DNA from: Eledone cirrhosa
Lineage: Eukaryota
Assembly: GCA_964016885.1 (NCBI GenBank)
Contig: OZ024761.1
Location: 13,330,001-13,394,000, forward strand
Direction of reading: 5' to 3'
Length of the DNA stretch: 64,000 bases
The translations under genes were made by a program, and so were the position numbers. The notes beneath the pieces were generated by a model that saw nothing but the letters and a program-made list of their open reading frames with translations, was not told the origin of the DNA and did no database searches. Shown here in pieces: positions 1-15,620 of this stretch (within the stretch, counting starts at the first letter, position 1; the number at the start of each line of letters is the position of its first letter).

Positions 1-3000
1 TACACACTACCACGAAGGCTCCAATACACACTACCACAAAGGCCCCAATACACACTACCACAAAGGCCCCAATACACACTACCACAAAGCCCCCAATACA
101 CACTACCACAAAGGCCCCAATACACACTACCACGGAGGCCCCAATACACACTACCACAAAGCCCCCAATACACACTACCACAAAGCCCCCAATACACACT
201 ACCACAAAGGCCCCAATACACACTACCACAAAGGCCCCAATACACACTACCACGGAGGCCCCAATACACACTACCACAAAGCCCCCAATACACACTACCA
301 CAAAGGCCCCAATACACACTACCACAAAGCCCCCAATACACACTACCACAAAGGCCCCAATACACACTACCACGAAGCCCCCAATACACACTATCACAAA
401 GGCCCCAATACACACTACCACAAAGGCCCCAATACACACTACCACAAAGCCCCCAATACACTCTACCACAAAGCCCCCAATACACACTACCACAAAGCCC
501 CCAATACACACTACCACAAAGGCCCCAATACACACTACCACAAAGGCCCCAATACACACTACCACAAAGGCCCCAATACACACTACCACAAAGGCCCCAA
601 TACACACTACCACAAAGCCCCCAATACACACTACCACAAAGGCCCCAATACACACTACCACAAAGCCCCCAATACACACTACCACAAAGCCCCCAATACA
701 CACTACCACAAAGCCCCCAATACACACTACCACAAAGCCCCCAATACACACTACCACAAAGCCCCCAATACACACTACCACAAAGCCCCCAATACACACT
801 ACCACGGAGGCCCCAATACACACTACCACAAAGGCTCCAATACACACTACCACAAAGGCCCCAATACACACTACCACAAAGGCCCCAATACACACTACCA
901 CGAAGCCCCCAATACACACTACCACAAAGGCCCCAATACACACTACCACAAAGCCCCCAATACACACTACCACAAAGGCCCCAATACACACTACCACAAA
1001 GGCCCCAATACACACTACCACAAAGCCCCCAATACACACTACCACAAAGGCCCCAATACACACTACCACAAAGCCCCCAATACACACTACCACAAAGCCC
1101 CCAATACACACTACCACAAAGCCCCCAATACACACTACCACAAAGGCCCCAATACACACTACCACAAAGCCCCCAATACACACTACCACAAAGGCCCCAA
1201 TACACACTACCACGAAGGCCCCAATACACACTACCACAAAGCCCCCAATACATACTACCACGAAGGCCCCAATACACACTACCACGAAGGCCCCAATACA
1301 CACTACCACGAAGGCCCCAATACACACTACCACGAAGGCCCCAATACACACTACCACAAAGGCCCCAATACACACTACCACGAAGGCCCCAATACACACT
1401 ACCACAAAGCCCCCAATACACACTACCACGAAGGCCCCAATACACACTACCACAAAGGCCCCAATACACACTACCACGAAGGCCCCAATACACACTACCA
1501 CAAAGCCCCTAATACACACTACCACGAAGGCCCCAATACACACTACCACAAAGCCCCCAATACACACTACCACGAAGGCCCCAATACACACTACCACGAA
1601 GGCCCCAATACACACTACCACGAAGGCCCCAATACACACTACCACGAAGGCCCCAATACACACTACCACGAAGGCCCCAATACACACTACCACAAAGGCC
1701 CCAATACACACTACCACGAAGGCCCCAATACACACTACCACGAAGGCCCCAATACACACTACCACGAAGGCCCCAATACACACTACCACAAAGCCCCCAA
1801 TACACACTACCACAAAGCCCCCAATACACACTACCACGAAGGCCCCAATACACACTACCACGAAGGCCCCAATACACACTACCACGAAGGCCCCAATACA
1901 CACTACCACGAAGGCCCCAATACACACTACCACAAAGGCCCCAATACACACTACCACAAAGGCCCCAATACACACTACCACAAAGGCCCCAATACACACT
2001 ACCACAAAGGCCCCAATACACACTACCACGGAGGCCCCAATACACACTACCACGAAGGCCCCAATACACACTACCACAAAGGCCCCAATACACACTACCA
2101 CGAAGGCCCCAATACACACTACCACAAAGGCCCCAATACACACTACCACAAAGGCCCCAATACACACTACCACAAAGGCCCCAATACACACTACCACAAA
2201 GGCCCCAATACACACTACCACGGAGGCCCCAATACACACTACCACGAAGGCCCCAATACACACTACCACAAAGGCCCCAATACACACTACCACGAAGGCC
2301 CCAATACACACTACCACAAAGGCCCCAATACACACTACCACAAAGGCCCCAATACACACTACCACGAAGGCCCCAATACACACTACCACAAAGGCCCCAA
2401 TACACACTACCACGAAGGCCCCAATACACACTACCACGAAGGCCCCAATACACACTACCACGAAGGCCCCAATACACACTACCACAAAGGCCCCAATACA
2501 CACTACCACAAAGGCCCCAATACACACTACCACAAAGGCCCCAATACACACTACCACGGAGGCCCCAATACACACTACCACAAAGGCCCCAATACACACT
2601 ACCACGGAGGCCCCAATACACACTACCACAAAGGCCCCAATACACACTACCACAAAGGCCCCAATACACACTACCACGGAGGCCCCAATACACACTACCA
2701 CAAAGCCCCCAATACACACTACCACAAAGGCCCCAATACACTACCACAAAGCCCCCAATACACAATACCACGGAGGCTCCAATACACACTACCACAAAGG
2801 CCCCAATACACACTACCACGGAGGCCCCAATACACACTACCACAAAGGCCCCAATACACACTACCACGGAGGCCCCAATACACACTACCACAAAGGCCCC
2901 AATACACACTACCACGAAGGCCCCAATACACACTACCACAAAGCCCCCAATACACACTACCACAAAGACCCCAATACACACTACCACAAAGGCCCCAATA

Positions 3001-3912
3001 CACACTACCACGAAGGCCCCAATACACACTACCACAAAGGCCCCAATACACACTACCACAAAGGCCTCAATACACACTACCACAAAGCCCCCAATACACA
3101 CTACCACAAAGGCCCCAATACACACTACCACAAAGGCCCCAATACACACTACCACGAAGGCCCCAATACACACTACCACGGAGGCCCCAATACACACTAC
3201 CACAAAGGCCCCAATACACACTACCACAAAGGCCCCAATACACACTACCACAAAGGCCCCAATACACACTACCACGAAGGCCCCAATACACACTACCACA
3301 AAGGCCCCAATACACACTACCACAAAGGCCCCAATACACACTACCACGGAGGCCCCAATACACACTACCACAAAGGCCCCAATACACACTACCACGAAGG
3401 CTCCAATACACACTACCACAAAGGCCCCAATACACACTACCATGAAGCCCCCAATACACACTACCACAAAGGCCCCAATACACACTACCACGGAGGCCCC
3501 AATACACACTACCATGAAGCCCCCAATACACACTACTACAAAGGCCCCAATACACACTACCACGAAGGCCCCAATACACACTACCACGGAGGCCCCAATA
3601 CACACTACCACGAAGCCCCCAATACACACTACCACGAAGGCCCCAATTCACACTACCACGAAGGCCCCAATTCACACTACCACGAAGCCCCCAATACACA
3701 CTACCACAAAGGCCCCAATACACACTACCATGAAGCCCCCAATACACACTACCACAAAGGCCCCAATACACACTACCACAAAGGCCCCATTACACACTAC
3801 CATGAAGCCCCCAATACACACTACCACAAAGGCCCCAATACACACTACCACAAAGGCCCCAATACACACTACCATGAAGCCCCCAATACACACTACCACG
3901 CAGCCCCCAATA
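1..3912 (+). repeat. 27-bp minisatellite (ccaatacacactaccacaaaggcc-type unit), about 145 copies, runs off the window start
   Basis: Direct tandem periodicity of 27 bp. One unit near 2738 lacks 2 bp. Confidence 0.97.
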
Positions 3913-3923
3913 CTAAGGTGCAG
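3..3923 (+). CDS. Probable mucin-like (Pro/Thr-rich) repeat exon, (PIHTTT[K/E][A/P])n, 5' end outside window
   Basis: The unit is a multiple of 3 and has no stops in the PIHTTTKAP frame. Many unit variants are synonymous in that frame (aca/acg, gcc/gct, ata/att, cac/cat, acc/act). The array ends in TTTQPPILRC followed by CAG|GTAGGA (donor-like at 3923/3924) and AT-rich intron-like sequence. There is a single 2-bp frameshift at ~2738. Confidence 0.5.
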
Positions 3924-4144
3924 GTAGGAGATAATTACATCTAATTTTTCAACATTTCATTAAAAAAAAAAATATATATAAATGATATTCTTTCTTTCAG
4001 AATATTGATCTAACATTTTGTTTTGATAGGAAATTATTATGAGGGATTCGATCTCTGTTTTGTTTTTTTAAATTAAGAAATATATTTATTTAAATGTATC
4101 ATTTTTTAAAACTATATATTGAGAGTTTGTGTGTGTATGGTTGT

Positions 4145-5260
4145 GTGAGCTGTGTGAGATGTGTGTGTGTGTGACAGCTCACACCTATGTGTGTGTGTGT
4201 GACAGCTCACACCTATGTGTGTGTGTGTGTGACAGCTAACACCTATGTGTGTGTGTGTGACAGCTCACACCCATGTGTGTGTGTGTGACAGCTCACACCT
4301 ATGTGTGTGTGTGTGACAGCTCACACCTATGTGTGTGTGTGTGACAGCTCACACCTATGTGTGTGTGTGTGACAGCTCACACCTATGTGTGTGTGTGTGA
4401 CAGCTCACACCCATGTGTGTGTGTGTGTGACAGCTCACACCTATGTGTGTGTGTGTGACAGCTCACACCTATGTGTGTGTGACAGCTCACACCTATGTGT
4501 GTGTGTGTGACAGCTCACACCTATGTGTATGGTTGTGTGACAGCTCACACATGTGTGTGTGTGTGACAGCTCACACCTATGTGTGTGTGTGTGACAGCTC
4601 ACACCTATGTGTGTGTGTGTGACAGCTCACACCTATGTGTGAGTGTGTGACAGCTCACACCTATGTGTGTGTGTGTGTGACAGCTCACACCTATGTGTGT
4701 GTGTGTGACAGCTCACACCCATGTGTGTGTGTGTGTGACAGCTCACACCTATGTGTGTGTGTGTGTGTGACAGCTCACACCTATGTGTGTGTGTGTGACA
4801 GCTCACACCTATGTGTGTGTGACAGCTCACACCTATGTGTGTGTGTGTGACAGCTCACACCTATGTGTGTGTGACAGCCCACACCTATGTGTGTGTGTGT
4901 GACAGCTCACACCTATGTGTGTGTGTGTGACAGCCCACACCTATGTGTGTGTGTGTGACAGCTCACACCTATGTGTGTGTGTGTGACAGCTCACACCTAT
5001 GTGTGTGTGTGTGTGACAGCTCACACCTATGTGTGTGTGTGTGACAGCTCACACCTATGTGTGTGTGTGTGACAGCTCACACCTATGTGTGTGTGTGTGT
5101 GACAGCTCACACCTATGTGTGTGTGTGTGACAGCTCACACCTATGTGTGTGTGTGTGTGACAGCTCACACCTATGTGTGTGTGTGTGACAGCTCACACCT
5201 ATGTGTGTGTGTGTGTGACAGCTCACACCTATGTGTGTGTGTGTGACAGCTCACACCTGT
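4145..5260. repeat. Minisatellite gacagctcacacctat(gt)n, 24-32 bp unit
   Basis: Tandem units with a variable (GT)n spacer. Confidence 0.95.
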
Positions 5261-5343
5261 GCAGGTTTAGCTGGCCTCCTCCAAGGTATATCTCGTTGGA
5301 GGTGTCTTGGGTGATTTAATGATAGGGACCTCAGTCCCTATCA

Positions 5344-5490
5344 TCTCATTTCTACAGCTGAGTAAACTGGAGCAACGTGAAATAAAGTGTCTTGCTCAAG
5401 GACACAACACTTCACCCGGTCCGAGAATTGAACTCACAACCTTTCGATTGCAAGCCCAATGCTCTAACCACTAAGCCATGTGCCTTCACT
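5344..5490 (-). mobile_element. tRNA-derived SINE, family 1 (gtgtccttgagcaagacact core)
   Basis: The minus strand reads tggcttagtggttagagc (A box) ... gagttcaattc (B box) ... gtgtccttgagcaagacactttatttcac. Homologous copies at 13590, 27868 and 46150. Confidence 0.85.
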
Positions 5491-5530
5491 GTATATATGG
5501 TTAGTGAGTTGTTGTTTTCCATCGAAATTT

Positions 5531-5711
5531 AATTGTTTCTACTTTTGGCACAAGGCCAGCAATTACCCAGTGCATTACTGGTACTTTATTTTATCAACCC
5601 CGTAAGGATGAAAGGCAAAGTCAACCTCGGCGGGATTTGAACTCAGATCGTTAAGGGACGTAACTATGCTGGAAAGCATGGCGTCCGACCCCCTACCGAT
5701 ACTGCCAATCG
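5531..5711 (-). mobile_element. tRNA-derived SINE, family 2 (gcctttcatccttacggggtcgataaa core, Nin/Deu-domain-like)
   Basis: A box tggcagtatcggtag, B box gagttcaaatccc, conserved core. Near-identical copies at 12834, 42723 and 43219. Confidence 0.85.
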
Positions 5712-6217
5712 AAATTTAATGTTGACTAACTCATTCTTGTGGATAGTTTTTGTGATTGTATGCCAGATGTCTTTCAATTGCTTCTTTGATGTTTTAACCT
5801 GGCATTGACCATGTAGCGGCTTATAGAAGATCCTACCAACACTATATACATCTCCCCCCATCTCCCCCCCTCTATCTTCCACATTCCCTCTCTCTCCCCC
5901 ACACTCCCGCGCTCTCCGCCACTCCTCCCTTTTCCTCTCCCTCTCTGCTTTGCTCTCTCCCACTCCTCCTCTCTCTCTCTCTCTCTCCATTTCCTCCCAC
6001 ACCCCACACTCTTTCTCTACCCCCCCTCTCCATCTCCCCCCGCCCCCCACACGACCCCACCCCCTCTTTTCGAACTACACCAAATATTTAATCAATATAT
6101 ATCTTCATTCTACAGTATTGTTTGTAGCGTTGTTTCCCCGTTTACTTTGCCCCCCCCCCCATTGTTTTCTCCTTTTTAGAAAATGATCTGGTCTTTGTTG
6201 TTGTTATTCACCTTGTC

Positions 6218-6522
6218 TGTGGTAGTGGTAGTAGTAGTGGTGGTAGTGGTGGTGGTAGTGGTAGTAGTAGTAGTAGTACTGGTGGTAGTGGTAGTAGTAG
6301 TAGTAGTACTGGTGGTAGTGGTAGTAGTACTGGTGGTAGTGGTAGTAGTACTGGTGGTAGTGGTAGTAGTAGTAGTAGTACTGGTGGTAGTGGTAGTAGT
6401 ACTGGTGGTAGTGGTAGTAGTAGTAGTAGTACTGGTGGTAGTGGTAGTAGTAGTAGTAGTACTGGTGGTAGTGGTAGTAGTAGTAGTAGTACTGGTGGTA
6501 GTGGTAGTAGTAGTAGTAGTAC

Positions 6523-6554
<32 letters not shown>

Positions 6555-7422
6555 CTGGTAGTAGTACTGGTGGTAGTGGTAGTAGTACTGGTGGTAGTGG
6601 TAGTAGTAGTAGTAGTACTGGTGGTAGTGGTAGTAGTAGTAGTAGTACTGGTGGTAGTGGTAGTAGTAGTAGTAGTACTGGTGGTAGTGGTAGTAGTACT
6701 GGTGGTAGTGGTAGTAGTAGTAGTAGTACTGGTGGTAGTGGTAGTAGTAGTAGTAGTACTGGTGGTAGTGGTAGTAGTACTGGTGGTAGTGGTAGTAGTA
6801 GTAGTAGTACTGGTGGTAGTGGTAGTAGTACTGGTGGTAGTGGTAGTAGTAGTGGTAGTACTGGTGGTAGTGGTAGTAGTAGTAGTAGTACTGGTGGTAG
6901 TGGTAGTAGTAGTAGTAGTACTGGTGGTAGTAGTAGTAGTAGTAGTAGTACTGGTGGTAGTAGTAGTAGTAGTGGTGGTACTGGTGGTAGTGGTAGTAGT
7001 AGTAGTAGTACTGGTGGTAGTGGTAGTAGTAGTAGTAGTACTGGTGGTAGTGGTAGTAGTAGTGGTAGTACTGGTGGTAGTAGTAGTAGTAGTACTGGTG
7101 GTAGTGGTAGTAGTAGTAGTAGTACTGGTGGTAGTGGTAGTAGTAGTAGTAGTACTGGTGGTAGTGGTAGTAGTAGTAGTAGTACTGGTGGTAGTAGTAG
7201 TAGTAGTACTGGTGGTAGTGGTAGTAGTAGTAGTAGTACTGGTGGTAGTGGTAGTAGTAGTAGTAGTACTGGTGGTAGTGGTAGTAGTAGTAGTAGTACT
7301 GGTGGTAGTAGTAGTAGTAGTAGTACTGGTGGTAGTGGTAGTAGTACTGGTGGTAGTAGTAGTAGTGGTAGTGGTAGTAGTAGTAGTAGTACTGGTGGTA
7401 GTGGTAGTAGTAGTAGTAGTAC

Positions 7423-7454
<32 letters not shown>

Positions 7455-7614
7455 CTGGTAGTAGTACTGGTGGTAGTGGTAGTAGTAGTAGTAGTACTGG
7501 TGGTAGTGGTAGTAGTAGTAGTAGTAGTACTGGTAGTAGTACTGGTGGTAGTGGTAGTAGTACTGGTAGTAGTAGTAGTAGTACTGGTGGTAGTGGTAGT
7601 AGTAGTAGTAGTAC

Positions 7615-7646
<32 letters not shown>

Positions 7647-7803
7647 CTGGTAGTAGTACTGGTGGTAGTGGTAGTAGTACTGGTGGTAGTGGTAGTAGTA
7701 GTAGTAGTACTGGTGGTAGTGGTAGTAGTAGTAGTAGTACTGGTAGTAGTACTGGTGGTAGTGGTAGTAGTACTGGTGGTAGTGGTAGTAGTAGTAGTAG
7801 TAC

Positions 7804-7835
<32 letters not shown>

Positions 7836-8004
7836 GTACTGGTAGTAGTACTGGTGGTAGTGGTAGTAGTACTGGTGGTAGTGGTAGTAGTAGTAGTAGT
7901 ACTGGTGGTAGTGGTAGTAGTAGTAGTAGTACTGGTGGTAGTGGTAGTAGTAGTAGTAGTACTGGTGGTAGTACTGGTGGTAGTGGTAGTAGTAGTAGTA
8001 GTAC

Positions 8005-8036
<32 letters not shown>

Positions 8037-9032
8037 CTGGTGGTAGTGGTAGTAGTAGTAGTAGTAGTACTGGTGGTTGTGGTAGTAGTAGTAGTAGTAC
8101 TGGTGGTAGTGGTAGTAGTAGTAGTAGTACTGGTGGTAGTGGTAGTAGTAGTAGTAGTACTGGTGGTAGTACTGGTGGTAGTGGTAGTAGTAGTAGTAGT
8201 ACTGGTGGTAGTAGTAGTAGTAGTAGTAGTACTGGTGGTAGTGGTAGTAGTAGTAGTAGTACTGGTGGTAGTGGTAGTAGTAGTAGTAGTACTGGTGGTA
8301 GTAGTAGTAGTAGTAGTACTGGTGGTAGTGGTAGTAGTACTGGTGGTAGTAGTAGTAGTGGTAGTGGTAGTAGTAGTAGTAGTACTGGTGGTAGTGGTAG
8401 TAGTACTGGTGGTAGTGGTAGTAGTAGTGGTAGTACTGGTGGTAGTAGTAGTAGTAGTACTGGTGGTAATAGTAGTAGTAGTACTGGTGGTAGTGGTAGT
8501 GGTAGTAGTACTGGTGGTAGTAGTAGTAGTGGTAGTGGTAGTAGTAGTAGTAGTGGTAGTGGTGGTAGTGGTAGTAGTAGTACTGGTGGTAGTAGTAGTA
8601 GTAGTAGTAGTACTGGTGGTAGTAGTTCTAATAGTGGTAGTAGTACTGGTGGTGGTGGTAGTAGTAACAGTAGTAGCGGTAGTGGTGGTGGTAGTGGTAG
8701 TGGTGGTGGTGGTGGTAGTGGTAGTGGTGGTAGTAGTAGTAGTAATAGTATTAGTAGTAGTAATGGTAGTAGTAGTAGTAGTAGTAACAGTAGTAGTGGT
8801 AGTAGTAGTAACAGTAGTAGCAGTGGTAGTAGTAGTAGTAACAGTAGTGATAGTAGTAACAGTAACAGTAGTGGTAGTAGTAATAGTGGTAGTAGTAGTA
8901 GTAGTGGTAACAGTAGTGGTAACAGTAGTGGTAGTGGTGGTGGTGGTAGTAGTAGTGGTGGTGGTAGTGGTAGTAACAGTAGTGGTAGTAGTAACAGTGG
9001 CAGTAGTGGTAGTAGTAGTGGTAACAGTAGTG

Positions 9033-9064
<32 letters not shown>

Positions 9065-9186
9065 GGTAGTGGTGGTAGTAGTAGTAGTAGTGGTGGTGGT
9101 GGTAGTAGTAGTAGTAGTGGTAGTGGTGGTGGTAGTAGTAGTAGTAGTGGTAGTGGTGGTAGTAGTAGTAGTAGTGGTGGTGGTAG
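6218..9186. repeat. (GTA/GTG)n trinucleotide array with a higher-order ~30-bp unit
   Basis: Direct. The poly-V, poly-L/P and poly-T readings come from the repeat itself. Confidence 0.95.
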
Positions 9187-9261
9187 AGACGTGTCGTACG
9201 TGATGTTCCAGTATTGAAACGACGGAGACCTTTTTACCAATTTACTTAGCTGTAATAATTA

Positions 9262-11070
<1,809 letters not shown>

Positions 11071-11400
11071 AACCAGACAAAAGCTAAAGAAAAGAAGATT
11101 TAATCACAAAATAAAACATTAAAACAAGAACAAAAACGAAATTACTGAACAAAGATGTCCCCCCTTACGTTGACAGAAGCCCATATATTGGTAAGAAAGC
11201 GATTTAATCGATTTTAATCGATATGTATATACTGGCGAGAGGCTGGCGGTGTTTAAGACAGTTCTCCGTGTTATTTGTTTGGTTCTAGGAACTCGGTTGG
11301 TCAAGCGTCTTCTTTCTAATATAGCCACAGCTTGACCCATGGTCAGGGAATGTCAATTTGGTAGACGGATGTCTCTCTCTCTCTCTCTCTACACACACAT

Positions 11401-11448
<48 letters not shown>

Positions 11449-11463
11449 TATGTATATGTATAT

Positions 11464-11533
11464 ATTGGGTCGTCAAGTATGAAACTTTTTTGAATTTATT
11501 TTTTCTACAAATTTCATACTTGACGACCTAATA
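11464..11533. mobile_element. Mariner-type micro-MITE (two abutting TIRs, MADE1-like architecture)
   Basis: attgggtcgtcaagtatgaaa ... tttcatacttgacgacctaat with TA flanks. Second copy at 12054. Confidence 0.7.
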
Positions 11534-11571
11534 TGTTTAATACAGCTGTGTATATATATATATATATATAT

Positions 11572-12010
11572 ATCAAAGGGCCAAGGAGCTCTTAAGAGTC
11601 AATGGCCATCCAAAATCACCGGGAGAGATGACCCCTTAGCCTTTGTCAAGTCAGAATTCTAGGAGAAGGAAAACTCTGATGGTATCCAATGATGTTGACT
11701 TGTTCTTCTTTTTGGTAAATATCATCTTGGTTAAGAGAGTGGGACTGGCTTTGTGCAGTGCCTTTGCTCCCTATAAAAGCTTCACGACACAGGCATTGCT
11801 TTATATCTGGAGATCTCTCTGCACTTGTCGTCACATGGTACCATGGGCCCAGCACTATGTGTCAATAATTGTCACAAGTGTAGTGTTTGTACCAGAGTTT
11901 TCAAGTCATGGGTTGGACTAAAAAGTCCCACTCGTTCAGCGCATCGGTGGGAGTTCTCCTACATGGATATAAGGTAGTGGCCCTCCTCGAAAACGAGTTG
12001 GCAGCCACCA
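11572..12010 (+). mobile_element. Interspersed repeat fragment (possibly a LINE/SINE 5' region), shared with 18859-19150
   Basis: tcaaagggc..aaggagctcttaagagtcaatggccatccaaaatcaccgggagagatgaccccttagcctttgtcaag recurs at ~18953-19030. Confidence 0.6.
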
Positions 12011-12014
12011 TATA

Positions 12015-12053
<39 letters not shown>

Positions 12054-12060
<7 letters not shown>

Positions 12061-12125
12061 CGTCAAGTATGAAATTTGTAGAAATTTGTTTTTTTTCTAC
12101 AAATTTCATACTTGACGACCCAATG
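12054..12125. mobile_element. Mariner-type micro-MITE, second copy
   Basis: attggatcgtcaagtatgaaatttgtagaaa ... tttctacaaatttcatacttgacgacccaat. Confidence 0.7.
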
Positions 12126-12130
12126 TATGT

Positions 12131-12317
12131 GTTTAATATAGAAATGGCTTCTACAGGACTAGAACTGTTTCATTCGAAGGAAATGATCAGGGCTTTCCTG
12201 ATGATTTCCTTCGAATGAAACAGTTCTAGACTTGTAGGAGCCATTTCTATATTAAACATTATATACTCTATGTATTGAGTTCCTTATTTACTGTGGTTAC
12301 CTCCGATTGAATCCGGA

Positions 12318-12320
<3 letters not shown>
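12131..12320 (+). mobile_element. Palindrome+tail HHR mini-element, family A
   Basis: Inverted arms 12131-12257. HHR: ggctttc CTGATGA(12198) tttc-cttc-gaat GAAA cag..ttg TA ggagcc. The tail matches 57060-57130, 54670-54720 and 61505-61570. Confidence 0.8.
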
Positions 12321-12406
<86 letters not shown>

Positions 12407-12833
12407 TATATACAGTGAATAAGTACTGGGGTTGATATCAACTAAATCAAGGTAGTGCCCCAGCATGGCCACAGTCTAATGCCTGAAACCAATAAAATAC
12501 ATCGACACAACACGCCATATTGGTAAAGAAGAGATTTAGTCGATTAACAATATATGTTGATTAGATTCTATTTATCGATACGGGAGCTGTCGACTGAACT
12601 AAATTGATCTCCGATCAGATTTGAACTTGGAATTGAAAAGAATCTGTGAAAATACTGTAAAGAATTTAATCTTTCCACAACAAGAACAATAATTTCTTAA
12701 GATTAGAATTTTCCCGTCTTTGTTCGTGTATTTCTCTGTCTATCTGTCTGTTTGTCTGTCTGTCTATCAACCACGCTGTACACACACATAAGTTCATACA
12801 TGTATACGTCGTATTATTTACACACATGAAAGG

Positions 12834-13020
12834 GTGGTGGATTGGCAGTATCAGTAGAGGGTCGGACGCCATGCTTTCCAGCATAGTTACGGCCCTTTAC
12901 GATCTGAGTTCAAATCCCGCCGAGGTTGACTTTGCCTTTCATCCTTACGGGGTCGATAAAATAAAGTACCAGTAATACTCTGGTATTTGCTGGCCTTGTG
13001 CCAAAAGTAGAAACAATTAT
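12834..13020 (+). mobile_element. SINE family 2
   Basis: Reverse complement of 5531-5711. Confidence 0.85.
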
Positions 13021-13039
13021 TTACACATATATACATACG

Positions 13040-13089
<50 letters not shown>

Positions 13090-13091
13090 CG

Positions 13092-13156
<65 letters not shown>

Positions 13157-13278
13157 CGTCTATATATATATATATTTGTTTTGTGAGTTTTTGAGTGTTT
13201 TATTATTATTTCTGGTAATATTATAACAATATTACCCTCCCCAAATATAACAATATATATATATACACACACACACTC

Positions 13279-13355
<77 letters not shown>

Positions 13356-13383
13356 ATTTATATATACACACACACACACACTC

Positions 13384-13414
<31 letters not shown>

Positions 13415-13589
13415 TATATATTCATATACATACATGTATACATATTTCATACACATGTCTGCAGAAGAGTTGTAAGTTGTAAGCAATTAGCTAATTGAGA
13501 CGAGCAGACGACATCTCGCTGGTGACGTCATACGTACACTGACAAAACACTATATAACGCAAGAAAAACATCATGGCTGCTCATTTGAA

Positions 13590-13895
13590 AGTACGTTAGT
13601 GCTTAGGAAGGTCGGCTCACGATCGTAAGGTCGAGAGTTCAACCCACGGCGGTGTGTAATGCCCTTGAGTAAGACACTTCATTTCATTTAATTGATTAAA
13701 TAAAATGAGTTTTAAAAAAAACTGTAATTCAAAGGACGAGTCTCGTTGCAGAGTGTCGGTATGAAGTACTCTGAAAATTACGTTAATGGTTCTCGAGTCA
13801 GTGGAACAATAGCCCAACAAGTCGTTAACTAACGCGTAGAAGGCTCGGTTGATCGGAGAACAGGATGCTCATCGTCGATAGTGACGGAGGATCAC
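13590..13895 (+). mobile_element. SINE family 1-related, diverged
   Basis: ttagtgcttagg...gagttcaaccc...gcccttgagtaagacacttcatttca. Confidence 0.6.
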
Positions 13896-13898
13896 TCA

Positions 13899-14845
13899 TT
13901 GTAGTGTGGTGTAGTGTGGTGTGGTGTAGTGTGATGTGTAGTGGCGTGGCGTAGTCTGGTGTAGTGTTGTGTGGTGTGGTGTGGTGTAGTGTAGTGTCAT
14001 GCAGTGTAGTGTTGTGGTGTATTGTAGTTCAGTGTGGCGTGTAGCGTAGTGTAGTGTGGTGAATTGTGGCGTTGTATAGTATAGTATAGTGTAGTGTTGT
14101 GTAATATGGTGTTGTGTAGTGTAGTGTAGTGTAGTGTGGTGAATTGTGGCGTTGTATAGTATAGTATAGTGTAGTGTTGTGTAATGTGGTGTTGTGTAGT
14201 GTAGTGTGGTGCGATGTGGAGTGGCATAGTATAGTGTAGCGTGTAGTGTCGTGTAGTGTAATGTGGTGTGATGAGGAGTGGCGTAGTATAGTGTAGTGTA
14301 GTGCAGTGTAATGTGGTGGAGTGGCGTGGTGTAGTGTAGTGTAGCGTGTGATGTAGTGTGGTGCAGTGTAGTGTGGTGTAGTGTGGTGTAATGTAGTATA
14401 GTGTGGTGTTGTGTAGTGTGGTGTAGTGTAGTGTAGCGTGTGATGTAGTGTGATGTAGTGTGGTGTAGTGTAGCGTATGATGTAGTGTGGTGCAGTGTAG
14501 TGTGGTGTAGTGTAGTGTGGTTCAGTGTAGTGTGGTGTAGTGCAGTGTTGTGTAGTGTGGTGTAGTGTGGTGTAGTGTAGTGTGGTGTAGTGTAGTGTAG
14601 TGTAGTGTAGTGTAGCGTGTGATGTAGTGTGGTGTAGTGTAGTGTGGTGTAGTGTAGTGTGGTGTAGTGTAGTGTAGTGTAGTGTTGTGTAGTGTGGTGT
14701 TGTGTGGTGTAGTGTACTGTAGTGTGGTGTAGTGTAGTGTAGCGTATGATGTAGTGTGGTGCAGTGTAATGTGGTGTAGTGTAGTGTGGTGTAGTGTTGT
14801 GTAGTGTAGTGTAGTGTGGTGTAGTGTAGTATAGTGTGGTGTTGT
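13899..14845. repeat. Degenerate (GTAGT/GTGGT)n pentanucleotide satellite
   Basis: Direct. Confidence 0.95.
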
Positions 14846-15268
14846 GTATATATATGTTGTATATATATAATGTGTGTGTTTCAGCAGGAATGTAGAGCAA
14901 CAGTAAGATCAATGATAGTTAACACAAGACTAGGGACGCCATTGTAACGCCATACAAATTACTGTCTCTCATCTTGTTAGAGAAGACTTAATCAATAAAG
15001 AACCGACACAGCACCGCCATCATCACCTTCGCCACCTCCATCGTCACCACCATCACCATCATCGCCATCACCACCACCGCCGCCATCATCACCGCCGTCG
15101 CCGCCATCATCACCATCACCGCCGCCGTCACCACCACCGTCACCATCACCATCACCGCCGTCGCCGCCATCATCACCACCACCACCACCGTCACCATCAC
15201 TCACCATCACCATCATCACTAACAACGAATAGTATCACTACACGTCCCGTAATGTACACACACACACC

Positions 15269-15322
<54 letters not shown>

Positions 15323-15366
15323 TCTATTTATATATACATATATAAATATATATATATATATACATA

Positions 15367-15410
<44 letters not shown>

Positions 15411-15474
15411 TTTATTTATATATACATATATATATATATATATACATATATGTACATATATATATTTATATATA

Positions 15475-15578
<104 letters not shown>

Positions 15579-15589
15579 TCTATTTATAT

Positions 15590-15620
<31 letters not shown>

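Noticed and set aside
5420-5490. tRNA genes at the SINE heads (also 12840, 27870, 46155)
   Set aside because: A and B boxes are present but there is no proper cloverleaf, and the sequence continues into SINE core domains.
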